This document shows, one piece after another, positions 12,774 to 26,052 of a DNA stretch of 64,000 bases. The stretch spans positions 434,001-498,000 of the forward strand of contig JADEYG010000004.1 of NCBI GenBank assembly GCA_016906335.1. Reading direction: 5' to 3'. How positions within the stretch are numbered: the first letter of the stretch is position 1; each line of letters begins with the position of its first letter. The position numbers and the translations under genes were made by a program. The stretch comes from Novakomyces olei. Taxonomy: Eukaryota. The notes under the pieces were generated by a model. That model worked only from the letters and a program-made list of their open reading frames with translations. It was not told where the DNA came from and searched no databases.

Positions 12774-13892
12774 ATGGAAGGCTTGAAAGAGTGGGTCGAT
12801 GTTGGTGCGCAGCGCGACGCGGCAGCTGACGCAGCGGCACTTTTAGTCCACCAAGCGACATTGGCACTCGGATTCAAGTACATTAGCGGCGATGGTATGA
12901 AGACTAGTGCACTACTCTAATTGTGTGTGAATGTGCCACGACACTAACTTTCCATAGATCCGTTGGAGGAGAAGGCGCCCAAGGACGAGGCAGCGGGTAC
13001 AGCGGGTACAGCAGATTCTCTTCCTGAAGGCTGGAACGCTTTGAGCGGCCGATTCTACCTCTTTTCATACATTTACCCAAAGGATGAGGCGCGTCTTCAT
13101 ATACACATTAATCAGTTTGGCCGTCAAAACATCGTGCTCACCAAGGACAAGGGGGGTCTTACTGTACTGTACGAGTTTGATGGGTCAAAGCTTGATCTAA
13201 AGCTTCCACTGCACGATACTCTACAAAGCCTGGAAAAGAGCGGCGAAGCAGAGACGTTTATAGCCGAGTATGCTGCCACTGTGGGCGAGCAGCTGTTAAA
13301 CGCTGACGGCGGCTCTGCCTCTCAAAGGCTTAAAGACGAGAGCAGCACAGCCGAGCCTCAGTCTGGCCGTACTGCCTCGGGCGTAAAGAATCCTGCCGAG
13401 GCCGCGCCGCGTCTTGAAAAGGAAAAATACAGTAGCGGAAAACAGCCAACGCCAGTGTCCCTGAGAATTGATGACCCCCGACCTAATGATTCTCCTCCAC
13501 TAGGAGATATTCCTGTCCCTGATTTTGAGGACGAGCTACGTCTGCGCCAGACGCTTCCTACTGGCATGCCGGGTCCTCATTCCGTTGGGCATGATGACTT
13601 GAACCCGCCCGGATTGTTCCAACCCGCGCCTTTCAATAATGGGGGAGGAGCATCTGGGAGTGGTCATATTGGTGGAATGCATCCCACTATAAATGATCCG
13701 CTTTTTGGTCCGCGGCAGTTACAGTCGAGGCACGGAAGAGGGCCTTTGCATCCACCGGGTGCCCGTTATGATCCAGTTGGTCCGGGCGATATGAGAGGCC
13801 GCACGAATTTTCCTGGCTCCAGCAACCCGCCCTTTGGGTTTGGCGATGGGGTTGAGCCCCCACCAGACGGGTATAACGATATGTTCCTCTAG
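12774..13892 (+). CDS. Proteasome inhibitor PI31/Fub1-like protein
   Basis: Exon 12774-12894, intron 12895-12957; N-terminal ALLVH...LGF; C-terminal VGHDDLNPPG, GMHPT..DPLF, PPGARYDPVGP, EPPPDGYNDMFL. Confidence 0.8.
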
Positions 13893-14606
13893 TCGGGCAC
13901 AGGGCAAATCGCAATACAAGTGTTTTCGCTCTCTATTCAGGTTTGTCTAGGATGCGTATGGATGCGAGGTATCGCAGCATTTGGCTCAGGATACTGGTGA
14001 TTGCCTAAAGGCGTTGGCTAAAGGTTTGGTGTACCTTTGGCAAACGATAAGGAGTTTGGTGGTGTGCGATGTTTGCTCTTGAAATTATTGACATTTGTAA
14101 ATACGTAATTAAAGTTTAGCGTTTATTGTCCTATGTATGTATATCAATGTAGGCGGAAGCAAGATCAAGCAGATATGCTGTGACAAATATTCCACAGTTG
14201 ATAATTGCAATCGTCTAGTGTAATCCTGGTGCTAATTTAGCCGCAGCTTGTCTTGTCAAAATACATAGGCACTATTCGTTGCACCTCACTGGATTTCTCT
14301 CGACTGACTTAGCCACTTTAGACGCTGTCATTAAAATTACAGAATTTGCCTATAAGGCATTCTGTTCCCATTCGCCTGGTCATAGGCGCCACTCATGATT
14401 TCCATTAATAAATATATTCAATATTCAATATTCAATATTATTCAATATTTAATATACAATATACAATAATAAATATATTCTCTAATCCTCTCATTTACGT
14501 ACATGTACGACACTAATAATATCTAATATACGCCGACATTAATATCGTAGAGCGAGATGGACAAGGGCCGACGGGTATAGGGAGCGTAATACATGCCATT
14601 GCTGCA

Positions 14607-15449
14607 ATGGAAAAAGTCAAGGGCTTCTTTTTCGGCCCGACTCTGGAAGACCAGAATCGCAAGTGGCAGGCCACTTTGAGGAGACAGCAGCGGCAGCTGC
14701 AAAGGCAGATCGATGACCTGAAACGAGCGGAAAAGGCGACAGAAAAGCAAGTGCGTTCGTTGGCAAAACGGGGAGACGTGCGCAACGCCCGTCTGCTTGC
14801 ACGGGAAATAGTCAGCGCGCGGAAGCAACGCCAAAGACTCGGGAAGAGTCAGGCGACAATGGCATCATTGGGGATGCAGTTGAGCGAGCAGATGGCAACC
14901 TATAAAATATCGGGAACATTACAGAGAAGCACTCGCGTTATGAAGGACGTGAATGGCCTTTTGCGCCTTCCGGAGATCTCATCTACCATGCGAAACATGT
15001 CTATGGAACTCACTCGCGTAAGGAGACCGGCTGTCCTGTTTATTCTATCGAATACAGACTGCTGATATTTGCTTAATTTTTCCTTGCTATTTCCTTGTCG
15101 TTTTATGATTTCACTGTTTGTTCCGTGCGTTTGGCCTCTATTCTATACGCAAATGGATTCGAATTGTCTAGTTCGGCATCGCGATACTAATCTAAAGGCG
15201 GGAATAATGGACGAAATGATGGACGACGCGCTGGCTGTATTCGATGACGAAGAGGACGAAGAGGCTGATGAAACTGTGCAAACCGTTCTGGATGAAATCA
15301 CAGGCGAAAAGGCAGTCAATGCTCCCAGTGTACCACAGACAGCTGCAAAGCAGCCGGAAGCAGCACAACCGGAGGAGGAGGAGGACGAGCAAGAACTGGA
15401 AGAGCAATTGGCGTCAATGCGAAGCCAGCTAGCCAAATTACAGAGTTAG
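14607..15449 (+). CDS. VPS24: ESCRT-III subunit Vps24/CHMP3
   Basis: RKW...LR...R.L.RQI, ARLLAREIV, LRLPEIS.TMR.MSMEL.RAGIMDEM; intron 15018-15197 (AAG acceptor). Confidence 0.9.
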
Positions 15450-15801
15450 GTGTTGGTTCATATACAAATAGTTTGCAGAAACCGGTTTGTTTGTTTTTCA
15501 TATTTTTTTTTTTCATATGGTATTTTATGTTTTTAGTTTTATTTTCGCAAGTGCTTATGAGCTATCGGTGTATCTAAAATTACGATTGTTTAAAGATCAC
15601 AATTTAAATCGTCAGATCAAGATAACGTCAGACGGCTGCCGCAATGCAATAAACATTTTGAGTAAATTTCCCATGATTGATCTTTGATTAGCGTGACTAT
15701 TGAATTCTTCGTACGTAGACCTAACCCGATCTCTTTTGATTGCTCCTGATCAGCCTGGCCCATCACAAATAAATTATTTGCAGTATTGTCTATCGTGTGT
15801 G

Positions 15802-16232
15802 TCAGTCTTTATTTTTTTTCTCTGCACTATCCGTCTCAATAGGCTTTGGCGGTTCGGATGGATCGGTTTGCAACAGCAACTCATCCTCCACATCCGAGCC
15901 ATCTTCGCCTTGCAAAAACCGCATGCGTTGAGCCTTTGTACGCCGCCGGTACGTTTTACCCCAGCTAATTTCACCATTATCGTCATCACTATCCTCCATT
16001 AAAATATCGCCCTGGGCGTCGGCTTTTGTACTCGGATCCGGGTGGAAAGCGCCCTGCTTCTCTTCTTGCTTCTTTTTCACGTACTCCATAATGCTGCTTA
16101 AATAAGGCCTTAGAAGTACATATCCACCAATGATCGCGATAATACGGATGATATCTGCTGCGTTAAAACTTGCCTTTAATGTTTTTACGTACCCGTGGCA
16201 GAATATTGCTGCCAATAGTTTTTGACCTTCAT
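15802..16232 (-). CDS. PGA2: Pga2-family ER trafficking protein
   Basis: IRIIAIIGGYVLLRPYL and WGK..RRR motifs; ATG 16232 with a 35-38 nt intron from 16192 (tandem CAGCAG acceptors, both in frame). Confidence 0.7.
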
Positions 16233-16479
16233 ATCGTGAAGTGAAGCGGTGTTGCTGTCAAGGTATCGTACACTGCCTTCAATAATTATTATTATAATTT
16301 AAAATGAGAAATATTTATTTATTTATTCATTTATTCATTAATATTAGATAGATGGTCTCATAGGAACAACAAGGACTTTGTAGACATACATTAAAAATGA
16401 TAACAAAAAATTGTGTCATAAAGCGATATATAGATATAGACACCTTTAATTAATTTTAATTTTTTTTGGCTCGCTTTAT

Positions 16480-18509
16480 ATGTCTGTAGGAAGGCAGGCG
16501 TGGTCTGAGCTGTCACTGCAAAAGCCCTTGTAAGTCCATTTATCTTCTTTTTACGACTGCATTTCCCACATCTAACTTTCTGCAGAAAAGATGCGGTTGC
16601 GTTATTGGGCTACGAGCAAATGACGCCCGTACAGGCGTCAACGATACCACTGTTTTCAGCTAATAAGGATGTGATTGTGGAAGCGGTTACCGGCTCTGGC
16701 AAAACCTTGGCTTTTATTATGCCCATAATCGAACGTATATTAAAACACGAGGATGGATTTGAAGACGGCCGTGTTGCCGCTATTATTGTGTGTCCTACAC
16801 GTGAACTGGCAATGCAAATACATTCTGTGTGGATGGAGTTGCACAAGCTCATGATCCCGACAGAGGAAGGGACGGAGACGGCGTTGGAGGAGAGTTTAAT
16901 GACAAGTGGCGAAAGTGTAAAAGACACAGAAATAAAAGAAGCAGACTCAAGCACAGACAACGAATTGCAAAATGTAAATTTAAAGGCTCAACTACTCATT
17001 GGCGGAAGCAGGAACACGATTAAGCAAGACTTGGGCGTTTTCCGATCGACTAATCCCTCAGTATTGATTGGCACGCCCGGCCGATTAGACGAGTTTCTAG
17101 GCCTCAACGTTGCAGACACTAAATCTCTGGAAATGCTGGTACTTGACGAAGCAGATTTGCTACTGGACATGGGCTTTCAGGCCACCCTACAGCGAATCAT
17201 TGCCCGCCTACCAAAGCAAAGACGCACGGGCCTTTTTTCTGCTACAATGAACGATGCAGTTGAGGAATTTATAAAGATTGCAGGCCTCCGTAATAGCGCC
17301 AAAATCGTGGTCAACGTAAGGTCAAAGGCAGTCTCCAGTCGTGCGCCAGCTAGCCTCTCTATCTACTATGACGTAGTGGCCCCTCAGTGTAAAGTACAAG
17401 AGCTTATCAGAATAATTTCGCACTGTGAATTCGACAAGGCAATTGTATACTTTAGTACCTGTGCCTGTGTTGATTATTTTACAGCCTTGATGCGGCGCAC
17501 TAACTGGGCTCAATTGCCTTTGTCACCCAACATTATTGGTCTGCATGGGAAGCAGGCTCCGTCAAATCGGTCGCGTAACTATGAAGCCTTTCAAAATGCC
17601 ATTGCAAGTGGGAGAAAGGTCGTACTTTTCACTACAGATGTGGCCGCCCGAGGACTAGATATTCCAAATGTCGATTTCGTGATTCAATTTGATCCCCCTT
17701 CTGATCCAAAGGCTTTTTCTCATCGCTGTGGCCGTGCTGGACGGGCCGGTAGGAGCGGCACTGCTATAGCTTTATTACTAGAAGGCCGTGAAGAGGAGTA
17801 TACTGATCTTCTAAAAGTCAGGTCGGTGCCGGTAGAGCCCTTGCCCCGATCGTTAACAGTGGGAAATGTACAGGCATCAAACGGAAACGAGGACGAAAAT
17901 AAAGGGTATGAGGACGGAACTGATCCACAGAGCCTTCAACGTCTCGTGTCGCGAGACAGAGACTTGTATGAAAAATCAGTAATTGCCTTTGTTTCCTTTG
18001 TTCAAGCGTACCGAAAGCACCAGGCAAGCTATATATTTAGAATATCTGATCTTCCTATCGGCCGTATCGCTATGGCTTATGGACTAGTAAGACTGCCGCG
18101 TATGCCGGAACTAAGATCATCCGCCGGCGAATCAGCCAGTCAAGGATTTGTAGCGGCTGAAGGTATTGCGGTAGATGATATACCCTACAAGGATAAAGCA
18201 CGTGAAGCGGCAAGAAAGGCTTCTGTAAAGCGCGATGAAAAGAAAGATTTTTCAGCAACGAAGAAAAAGCTAACAGAGCCAAAGGCTGCATGGTCCAAGC
18301 AAAAAGAACGGATGGATAAGCGAGAAGTCAGACGAGACAAACGGAAACGGAAGCGGGATGCAGTTAATAGAGAACAGGAATTAGCTCAAGAACAATCTGA
18401 ATCAGCAAACTCGGATCGTTTAGAGGCGGAACAGGACTGGAAGGAGTTTGTAACGGCAAAAAAGAAGAATTCGTCGATGGCTGTACAGTATGATAATGAC
18501 GAATTTTAG
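16480..18509 (+). CDS. SPB4: DEAD-box RNA helicase Spb4/DDX55
   Basis: MTPVQASTIP, AVTGSGKTLAF, DEAD, LPKQRRTGLFSAT, HRCGRAGR, AFVSFVQAY, LPRMPELR; intron 16530-16585. Confidence 0.92.
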
Positions 18510-18874
18510 GGGGCAAATCCTTTTAAGTACAAGGATTTTATAGTGAACACGAAAATTCTAGTGAATACGAAAACTCGATCGATTTGAGTAGATCCGTCCG
18601 GGGAGAAGGTCTAATTGATTATCAACGAAATTGCCCACGCGACCACTGGCTTGCCCATTGTTTTGTATGGCTTTGTTAGGTTTTCTTATGTGCTCAATAC
18701 AGACTCTGTAATAATGCCATTCTTTATAGATGCGCTTGCACAGTTTGCACAAAGTTTGGGTGTAATTGAATAAATTAATGGACAGAGGGCCAAACCTGCC
18801 GTACCTTTTTTTCAGTTGGCAAGTTTTGCTCAATCGGCCATTGAATTCTGGGTATCACAACGGTCTAGATTTGT

Positions 18875-20003
18875 TTACAAGAAGTACTCCACAACAGCCT
18901 GCAACGTTAGCAGGTTAAAGAGTCGATTAACTTACATCACTGTGCTGACCCTGCTGTATCTTTGCAGGGCTTTCCTGACCAGGCGCGGCAGAAAAGACGT
19001 TGAAGTATTGCTCGCCATGCTCGTTTATTTGCAGGATGCTTGCTTCGTTTGCACAGCGGTAGCAGTAATTTGGCGCCGACCAGACTGTGGAAAGCATTCC
19101 GTCAAACAAAATTTGGTAACCTGATTGGCAGAGCTGGTGGGCACGTAGCACACTCTGTGCGTTATTCATATGCAGGAATTTTTTGACGACTTGCCCACCA
19201 AAAGTGTACCCGGCACCTCGGGGGGAAACGGCAAATTCGTCCCGTTCCGGATCAGGATCAGACCAGACTAGATCTGCCATTGGGCCTTCATGTGGGATCT
19301 CGCGGAACCGGTCGATTATTTTGATTTGATCCAGCGAGTGAATAGAGGGAGAGAGTCCTGTTGTCAGTAATCGATAAACAATTTGTGGCTCGTTTATAGC
19401 AATATTTTGAAATGTATAAATTGACAAGTCTTGTGTCAGACATGAAGATGTAAAAATAGAGATCTCGAAGTTTAATCTTGCTCAATCATTATTCATACCC
19501 CCGTGAACGCAGAAAATGCTATTGTCAATCACCACTGTGAGCGTCATAAAGTCAAAAAGATCTGTAAAGTAAAGCCAGACATTCGCGTTGCCGTATTTGC
19601 GTAAACACTCAGCATAAAAGCCGTAATTACGCGTTACGCCACGTGATTCGTGGTTCCCTCTTATGAGCGTGACACGAGACGGGTATCGCAGCTTGAGACA
19701 AGCCAATAGGGATATCGTTTCGACGGAAAAAAGGCCGCGGTCCACGTAATCACCCAAAAACAAATAATTGGTGTCCGGAACGTAACCCCCGATGCGAAAT
19801 ATTTCAAGTAAATCGTCCAATTGGCCATGAATATCGCCAACTACTGCTACTGGCGTCGCGATATGAACCACATTGGACTCTTGAACAAGCAGCTCTTTAA
19901 GCTTTTCGCATATTTGTTCAATCACAGCCTCTGCCAGCAATTTTTTTTCGCTCAAAGATGCGATTGCCGCATCAAGATCCAGAGTAGAAAGAACTCCCGG
20001 CAT
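18875..20003 (-). CDS. PPG1: PP2A-like phosphatase Ppg1
   Basis: [33 protein letters not shown], spliced C-terminus VVEYFL*; two introns. Confidence 0.88.
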
Positions 20004-21313
20004 ACCGTTGTCATTCCAATCTGCTAAAGCCTATGAGCGCTTGGGCTAACCCGAACAGAGGCGGCTAAGGCGGCTAAGCAGACCAGTAGAAGCTGGCGGC
20101 CTTATCACGCGCCAGTCACTTGGTGGCACAATTATTGAAGTCGATGAATATCGTAAGGGTACCACAGAACAAAATGAGTAAAGTGGCAATGCTGATTAAC
20201 CACAGATCCTTATCATAAACAGTTTGCAATTGCGGAAAGGCAGACAGGTACTGAACAACAACAGGCGATTATTTCGAGTGCTATTACGGAGCGCAGCTTT
20301 GCATCAGTATCCACTCACAAGATAGCCACAGTTTAAATAGGCTTCTTGGTTACAGAGCTCGAGGCCTGTTTCTTTTTGTTTCAGACAGCAATCTTCTTGC
20401 ACTGATATTAAGTCTGCTGTAAGTTTCCAGCGTCGAAAGAGTCGCTGATTTACGAAGTGCAAGGCCAATGACGGCAGGGAAGAGTCGCCAATAGTCTGGT
20501 GCCCACCGTATATAATTAAATAATAATGATAATGATAATTAATAAAAGTTTTATAACAATTTATAAATAATAATATTCATATTCCAACCAGGTAATTACC
20601 ATACGAATCACGTTATAAAACATGAACTAGAAAAAAAATAATGAACAAATAATGAATAATGCATAATAATAGATAATAGATAATAAATAAACAAATAATA
20701 AACAAGTAAATAAATAACAAAAATGACGCGTATCATTGATTTTAGCGGATAAAGTAATCGTCTGGTCAAAATTTGAATACAAATAATATACGTTTTACTG
20801 TTTATGCTTGAACATTCCAACAAGGAAAACCCTGGCTGGTTCGAGCGGGTATATATTGACGCGAAAATAAGCAAAATTTCACGAGCAAAGCGAATCAAAC
20901 GCGAGTGCACAATTTGGTTTGAGCAGGTTAATCTATCGCAGAACTTGCCAGCTTTTTGTTAGAACTACGATCTGCTTGGCTGCCTTTAGTCTCTGGTTTC
21001 TGAAAATAAACGAGGTTCAGTCTGTTCTTCAGCGTCGTATTATTTGGGATACTGAAATTTGCATCGTGTCTTGAAGTCTGACTGTGGTTGGATCTCTACT
21101 AATACAAACCATACTGGCCGCGTCTTTTGCTTAATAAGAGAATCAAAGGTTGGTCTGTATCCGACTTTGTGTTTGAGGACAAAGTTTGGTCGCTTAGCTT
21201 TAAAACACATTTTTGATCTGTGTTTAAGCATATATTTTGCTGCGTCTTATCTAGCTGCTTGCCGTTTGGGCTTCATCTCGAGCCATTACTATCTAATTTT
21301 CTTATCTATCAAA

Positions 21314-23327
21314 ATGGTGGATTGGGTTCCTCCGCGTGACGACTATTCTAGCTCTTACCCCAGCCGTGGGCTTGGACCGCCTGACGGAAATGACAATTAT
21401 AGAGCTGCTAGTGGGTACCGAGGCGGTGGAGGAGGATACCGTGGCGGTCCTAATTTCCGAGGCCGTGGTGGACGTGGCCGTGGAGGCTACAATTATGACC
21501 GTGGCGGGTTTTCTGGGCCGAATACGGCTAGCCAACCTTCAGCTAGTTCTGCCAGGCCAATGTCGCCAGGCGGTAAACCGCTAAAAATTTATATTGGCAA
21601 TCTCCCGCCAGAGTGTCGAATGTTTCATCTACGCGAGCGATTCTCACCGTTCGGTTTGATTACTAACATTGAGCTTAAGCCCAATCTTGGATGTGGCTTT
21701 GTTGTATGTTATCCCTGCTCTTTTGCAAAGCAAAATATTATTAGTCTGCTTGACGTGTTTTCTTTTTTCCCATTTTTTTTAAAAGTTTAAATGCTGAGCT
21801 ATGCTTGTTTGCTACATATCAGAAATGATATGGTTGTGCCGTGTATCTTGAGTTTTATAAATTTGTTCATCATAAATCACGTTTTGTTCGTCTTTCATTC
21901 AGCTACTTATGTTCAGGAATTCAATACAAGTGAAGGTGCTGCTGCTGCTGCAAATGAAGTAGACGGTACTTCTATGCTTGGACAGATTGTCAAAGTGGAA
22001 TTGCAGAAATACAATCTGCAACGACTGCCTAATCCTGAGAATCGGGTTCCTGCACAACAAGGCTGCTATTGCTGTGGCGAAAGAGGACATTGGGCTAAAC
22101 ATTGTCCTAAAATGCCTGCTCCAGGACAACCATTCAATATTGTTGTCCCGAATGATTCGTCTATTGATAACGGAGGCCTCGAAGCCAAAGGACAGCGCGC
22201 TCCAGATTTTTCTCATAATCAACCTGAGTCGCGTAGAGAATGGCGTGAGCCTCGGGACTATGTACCCCGACGTGGGGGATGGTCTGGTAGCCAAGGTCAC
22301 TATCCTTGTAAGTTGCTTAAAGTGGTTGTTTAAGTTCCTAGAATTTATCTCTTTGTGTTTTGATTCCTTGTTCAATTGACTTTTGTCTTAATATTTTTCG
22401 TCTTAATATCTACTTATGACTTGCCCTTTTCTTTTACGTTCTACCTTGATGAGCATAAAATGTGCTTTTACTCCAAGTTTTGTCGACGTTATTTGCTAAT
22501 CTTTAGCTCGTGGTGGATATGAACCTGAGTATAACGGTTACCGTGGCGGAGGTCACCCACGTCCGTCTTATCGCGGCCCACCGAGAGGTGAAGACGATTA
22601 CTACGAGGGAAACCGATGGGGTCCTTACCCCCCTCGGGGCCCGCCTCCTCGGGGCCCGGCCGGGGATTATAATCGCGGGAATTACGCTCCTCCTTACTAT
22701 CAGCAGCCGCCTTATCCCGACTATTACGTGCCACCAGCCGGACCTAGAGCTGCCAAAGTTGACCCTGCTGACGGTCCAGAAGACGGGGGAGAAGCGCCGT
22801 TTGATCCTCGTCAGGAAGCTGAATATGCTGCCCGTTCAAGGTTTGGGCCGGGCCCTTCTGGCTATGGTGGCTATGGTCCACGGTACGGTGGCCCACCTCT
22901 AGGTCCTCCTCCATCGACATCAGGGGGGCCAAGAAGAGGCGGACCAGAAGATTTGGACGCTGAAGAAGTAGACAATTATTATTACTCAAGGGCGCCGGCT
23001 CATTATGCTGATCGTCCTTACACGCCTTATTCAAGGTCTTATCCAGACAGACCTCCTCGTAGTCGGTCTCGATCACCTGTGTCTCGGGGCCCAGATCGTG
23101 ATGAAGCTTTGCGCCCTTATTATAGGGAGCGGGGCAGTTTAGAGGGACCTGGTGAGGATGATTATTATAGGAACAAGACCGAGTCTGCACAGTTTTCAAC
23201 CGAGCCTTATACTGACGAGGGCCCAAAGCCAGAAAATCGTGCTCCTGGTGAAGAGGCTGATAAGCATGAGAATTCAGCTCCTACCCAAGACTCGCAGAAT
23301 AAAGCTGCCGAGGAAAATACAGAGTGA
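21314..23327 (+). CDS. RRM plus CCHC zinc-knuckle RNA-binding protein (SR/RGG-like)
   Basis: RGG tract, RNP2 KIYIGNL, RNP1 GCGFVEF across intron 21704-21916, CYCCGERGHWAKHC, RSRSRSP; second intron about 22308-22506. Confidence 0.8.
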
Positions 23328-24443
23328 TTTGCTTACATGAAAGGTTTTGTTTTGTCTTTTTGCTTTCGTACTGTGTTATTGGGTTCAATGAAACGACGCT
23401 TGGCAATCTTGTCTAACATAGTTTATCAGAGTACTATACATCTTTTCTCCGTCTTTCAATTAATATTTAATCATCTTTTAAATAATATGGATTGTTTGGC
23501 TTCATCTATTTATATGTATGCTATTTTTCACTTCCTTTACGACTTGCTCACTTTTGCTTTTGGCTTGAATAGCTCGGTTCTGCCTTGAATGTATGTTTTT
23601 TATTGATCATTCTGTTTCGTTGGCCATCGAAGTACTTTAAACTCACAGTTGAATGATTGCAGCGTCATGTTATCTCAGCTTGGTCTGATTATACTCTGCA
23701 TACTTTGCTAAAATTCTTTATCTTGCCAGTACAATTACAGACGCTCTGCTAGTTTAAACAGTAGAAAGTGGTTCTGGTTAGCGGTCAATTTTGGTCAGAT
23801 ATTTTGGGTTTTATTAGCTCGAAACGGTCCATGGCTGTCGACAAAATTCAGGTGGATAAACACATATGTATGTAATATAACGGTATATGCAAGTGAACAG
23901 GTTGTGTCCATTAAAATAAGACTCGATATGATGTTGAGACGCGCCACCGTGTTATTTCGATGAGGATCAAAAATGACATGTCAAGCTTAACAATCTGACT
24001 GCTAGTATGAAGTCATTCATTTCTTCACTTTCTGAGGAAAACATCGGGTGCTCTCAAAATCATATCGGCTCGCGATTTCTTTTCTTGCGGCGCAACTTGA
24101 AACACTGAAATTTGTAGCTTGTTTTAACCATCTGCTTTTACGTTTTTATTTTTTCTCGAGTGGCCACTCCCAAGTTGAATGTTCTCATGAAGGCAATTTA
24201 TGATTGCAAAATTCTGGATTTTCAGTAATATATGGTTAATCTGTGAAACGAATAAAAGATTGGGCGTGCATTCGTTATTGCTTTCTTTGGTAAATGTTTA
24301 AAGTATTGGCATATAATTAATGGAGCATTGACTTATTGACAAAGAGCCTTTCGTCGCTCGTGCAGATTAGATTATTTCCAGACTACATTAACAAAACGGC
24401 AGAGATCTTTCTCAACTAAATGCCAGATTTAGACAATGAAAGA

Positions 24444-24999
24444 CTATCTTCCACCTCGTAAGGCGAGTACAAGGTGCAGCACGTTACCACCTTCTAGATG
24501 ATATTCCGCGGCAGGTTTATTGTCGGCCCTTGGAAGTTAGCATGAACAAATAGACTTGGCTTTCAAAACAAACAAAATAGAATACGATAATCTGGTATCG
24601 AATAAGAACAAAGAATGTGAAGCAAAACAAACATTAAAATTACAGAGATGAGCTTGAACAAAACAGATAATACCGTGAATAAATCAATTAATACTCGATT
24701 AAAATAGATAAATATCTCGATATATCAAGCACCAAAACTTTATAAATAAATTTGTCATACATTTGCTTGCCACCAAAAATAAGCCGTTGCTGTACGGGCG
24801 GGATTCCCTCTTTTTCCTCCACTTTCTCCTTGATTCGCGAAATGGGATCCGCCGGGTCGATATCAATTTCGATCTACACGTTTAAATCGAGAAAAAAGAG
24901 ACAACAAATCTATACCTCCTTCCCTGTAAGCGTCTAATTTCAGGTATTAGCGCCAATTTGTTTATTGCAATTATCGCTCACCTTTACTTTGATCAGCAT
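24444..24999 (-). CDS. RUB1: Ubiquitin-like protein Nedd8/Rub1 (not in ORF track)
   Basis: Four exons splice to [50 protein letters not shown]..|[27 protein letters not shown]. Confidence 0.93.
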
Positions 25000-25653
25000 A
25001 GCCTCGAATTGTGTCGTAATCACGACCGCCGTAATCCCCTTCATCCTCGAACCCTCTTATAACAGTCGTTTTACATGTAATTTCAAGTAACACAGCAGCT
25101 AAAGTATACCTGTATATAATAATTGTTTTGGCTAACCAATTTTCGGTCTGAAGCATTTTTTTCGTGTTTGATGCGCTGAGTAGCATCATTGATCTCACTT
25201 TTGATTGTTGTGTGGAGTCATCGAGATCCTCACAACTCAAAAGTGAGGTATTTTACAATGATGCTGGAAGCGAATATTTTCCGGTTCCACTCTTACCAAT
25301 TGTTATCCGTATACTTCTATGGGATTAAGAATCAAATGGCTTGGAACCTATAATGACTTGTCTCGTGCCTCCTTACAGGGCCGTGGCGAATAAGGCTGCT
25401 CTATATATCCTTGTGCACGTCACTGGTGCATGGGGTTCGCTTGAGCAGGACATGATACAAACTTTTGATACTGAACAGCGTTTAGCAGGTATTGCACTGT
25501 AGTTAATACTAGATAATAATCAATTTTTTCTCAAATTATTGGCGAATTATCCCATAATCAGTTATATCTCACAAGCAGATCTTTTTGGTGCTCATTTTCG
25601 TTCCCTCTGAGCTCGTCTCTGGACAGGAAGCTCTGCTATCTCGTCTACCGAGT

Positions 25654-25740
25654 TTTTATTTTTATTTTATTTTATTTTATTTTATTTTATTTTATTTTAT
25701 TTTATTTTATTTTATTTTATTTTATTTTATTTTATTTTAT
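25654..25740. repeat. (TTTTA)n microsatellite
   Basis: Directly visible. Confidence 0.95.
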
Positions 25741-25821
25741 ACTTTACAAGCCTAAATATCAAATATTACATTCACTGTGGCAATATAAATCCAGTCGGTT
25801 CGCTCAATAACATAGAGCGAA

Positions 25822-26052
25822 ATGGCGATTCAAAGCACTTTTGAGTTTGTTGTCTTTGTGGCGATTCCATTTACGGCACTTTTGGTCGTGTTTATTGTAT
25901 GGGTGACTTTGCAACTACAAGCACGGGAAAGTGAAACTCAATCACGCCGTCGCGCTGCTCCTCAGCCAGGCAGAGTACCTCGGTTTGCAAGCGGTGCCTA
26001 TGGCCAAGATCGGTATGAGGGCGATACGATTGAGATGGAGACGTTTCGGTAG
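25822..26052 (+). CDS. Small single-pass membrane protein of unknown function (76 aa)
   Basis: A at -3 start context, TATA-like ATATAAAT about 35 nt upstream, N-terminal hydrophobic helix followed by RRR. Confidence 0.5.
   Translation: MAIQSTFEFVVFVAIPFTALLVVFIVWVTLQLQARESETQSRRRAAPQPGRVPRFASGAYGQDRYEGDTIEMETFR

Noticed and set aside
23927..24000. C/D-box-like segments here and near 53011-53156
   Set aside because: Imperfect boxes or spacing, no terminal stem and no rRNA-complementary guide that I can recognise
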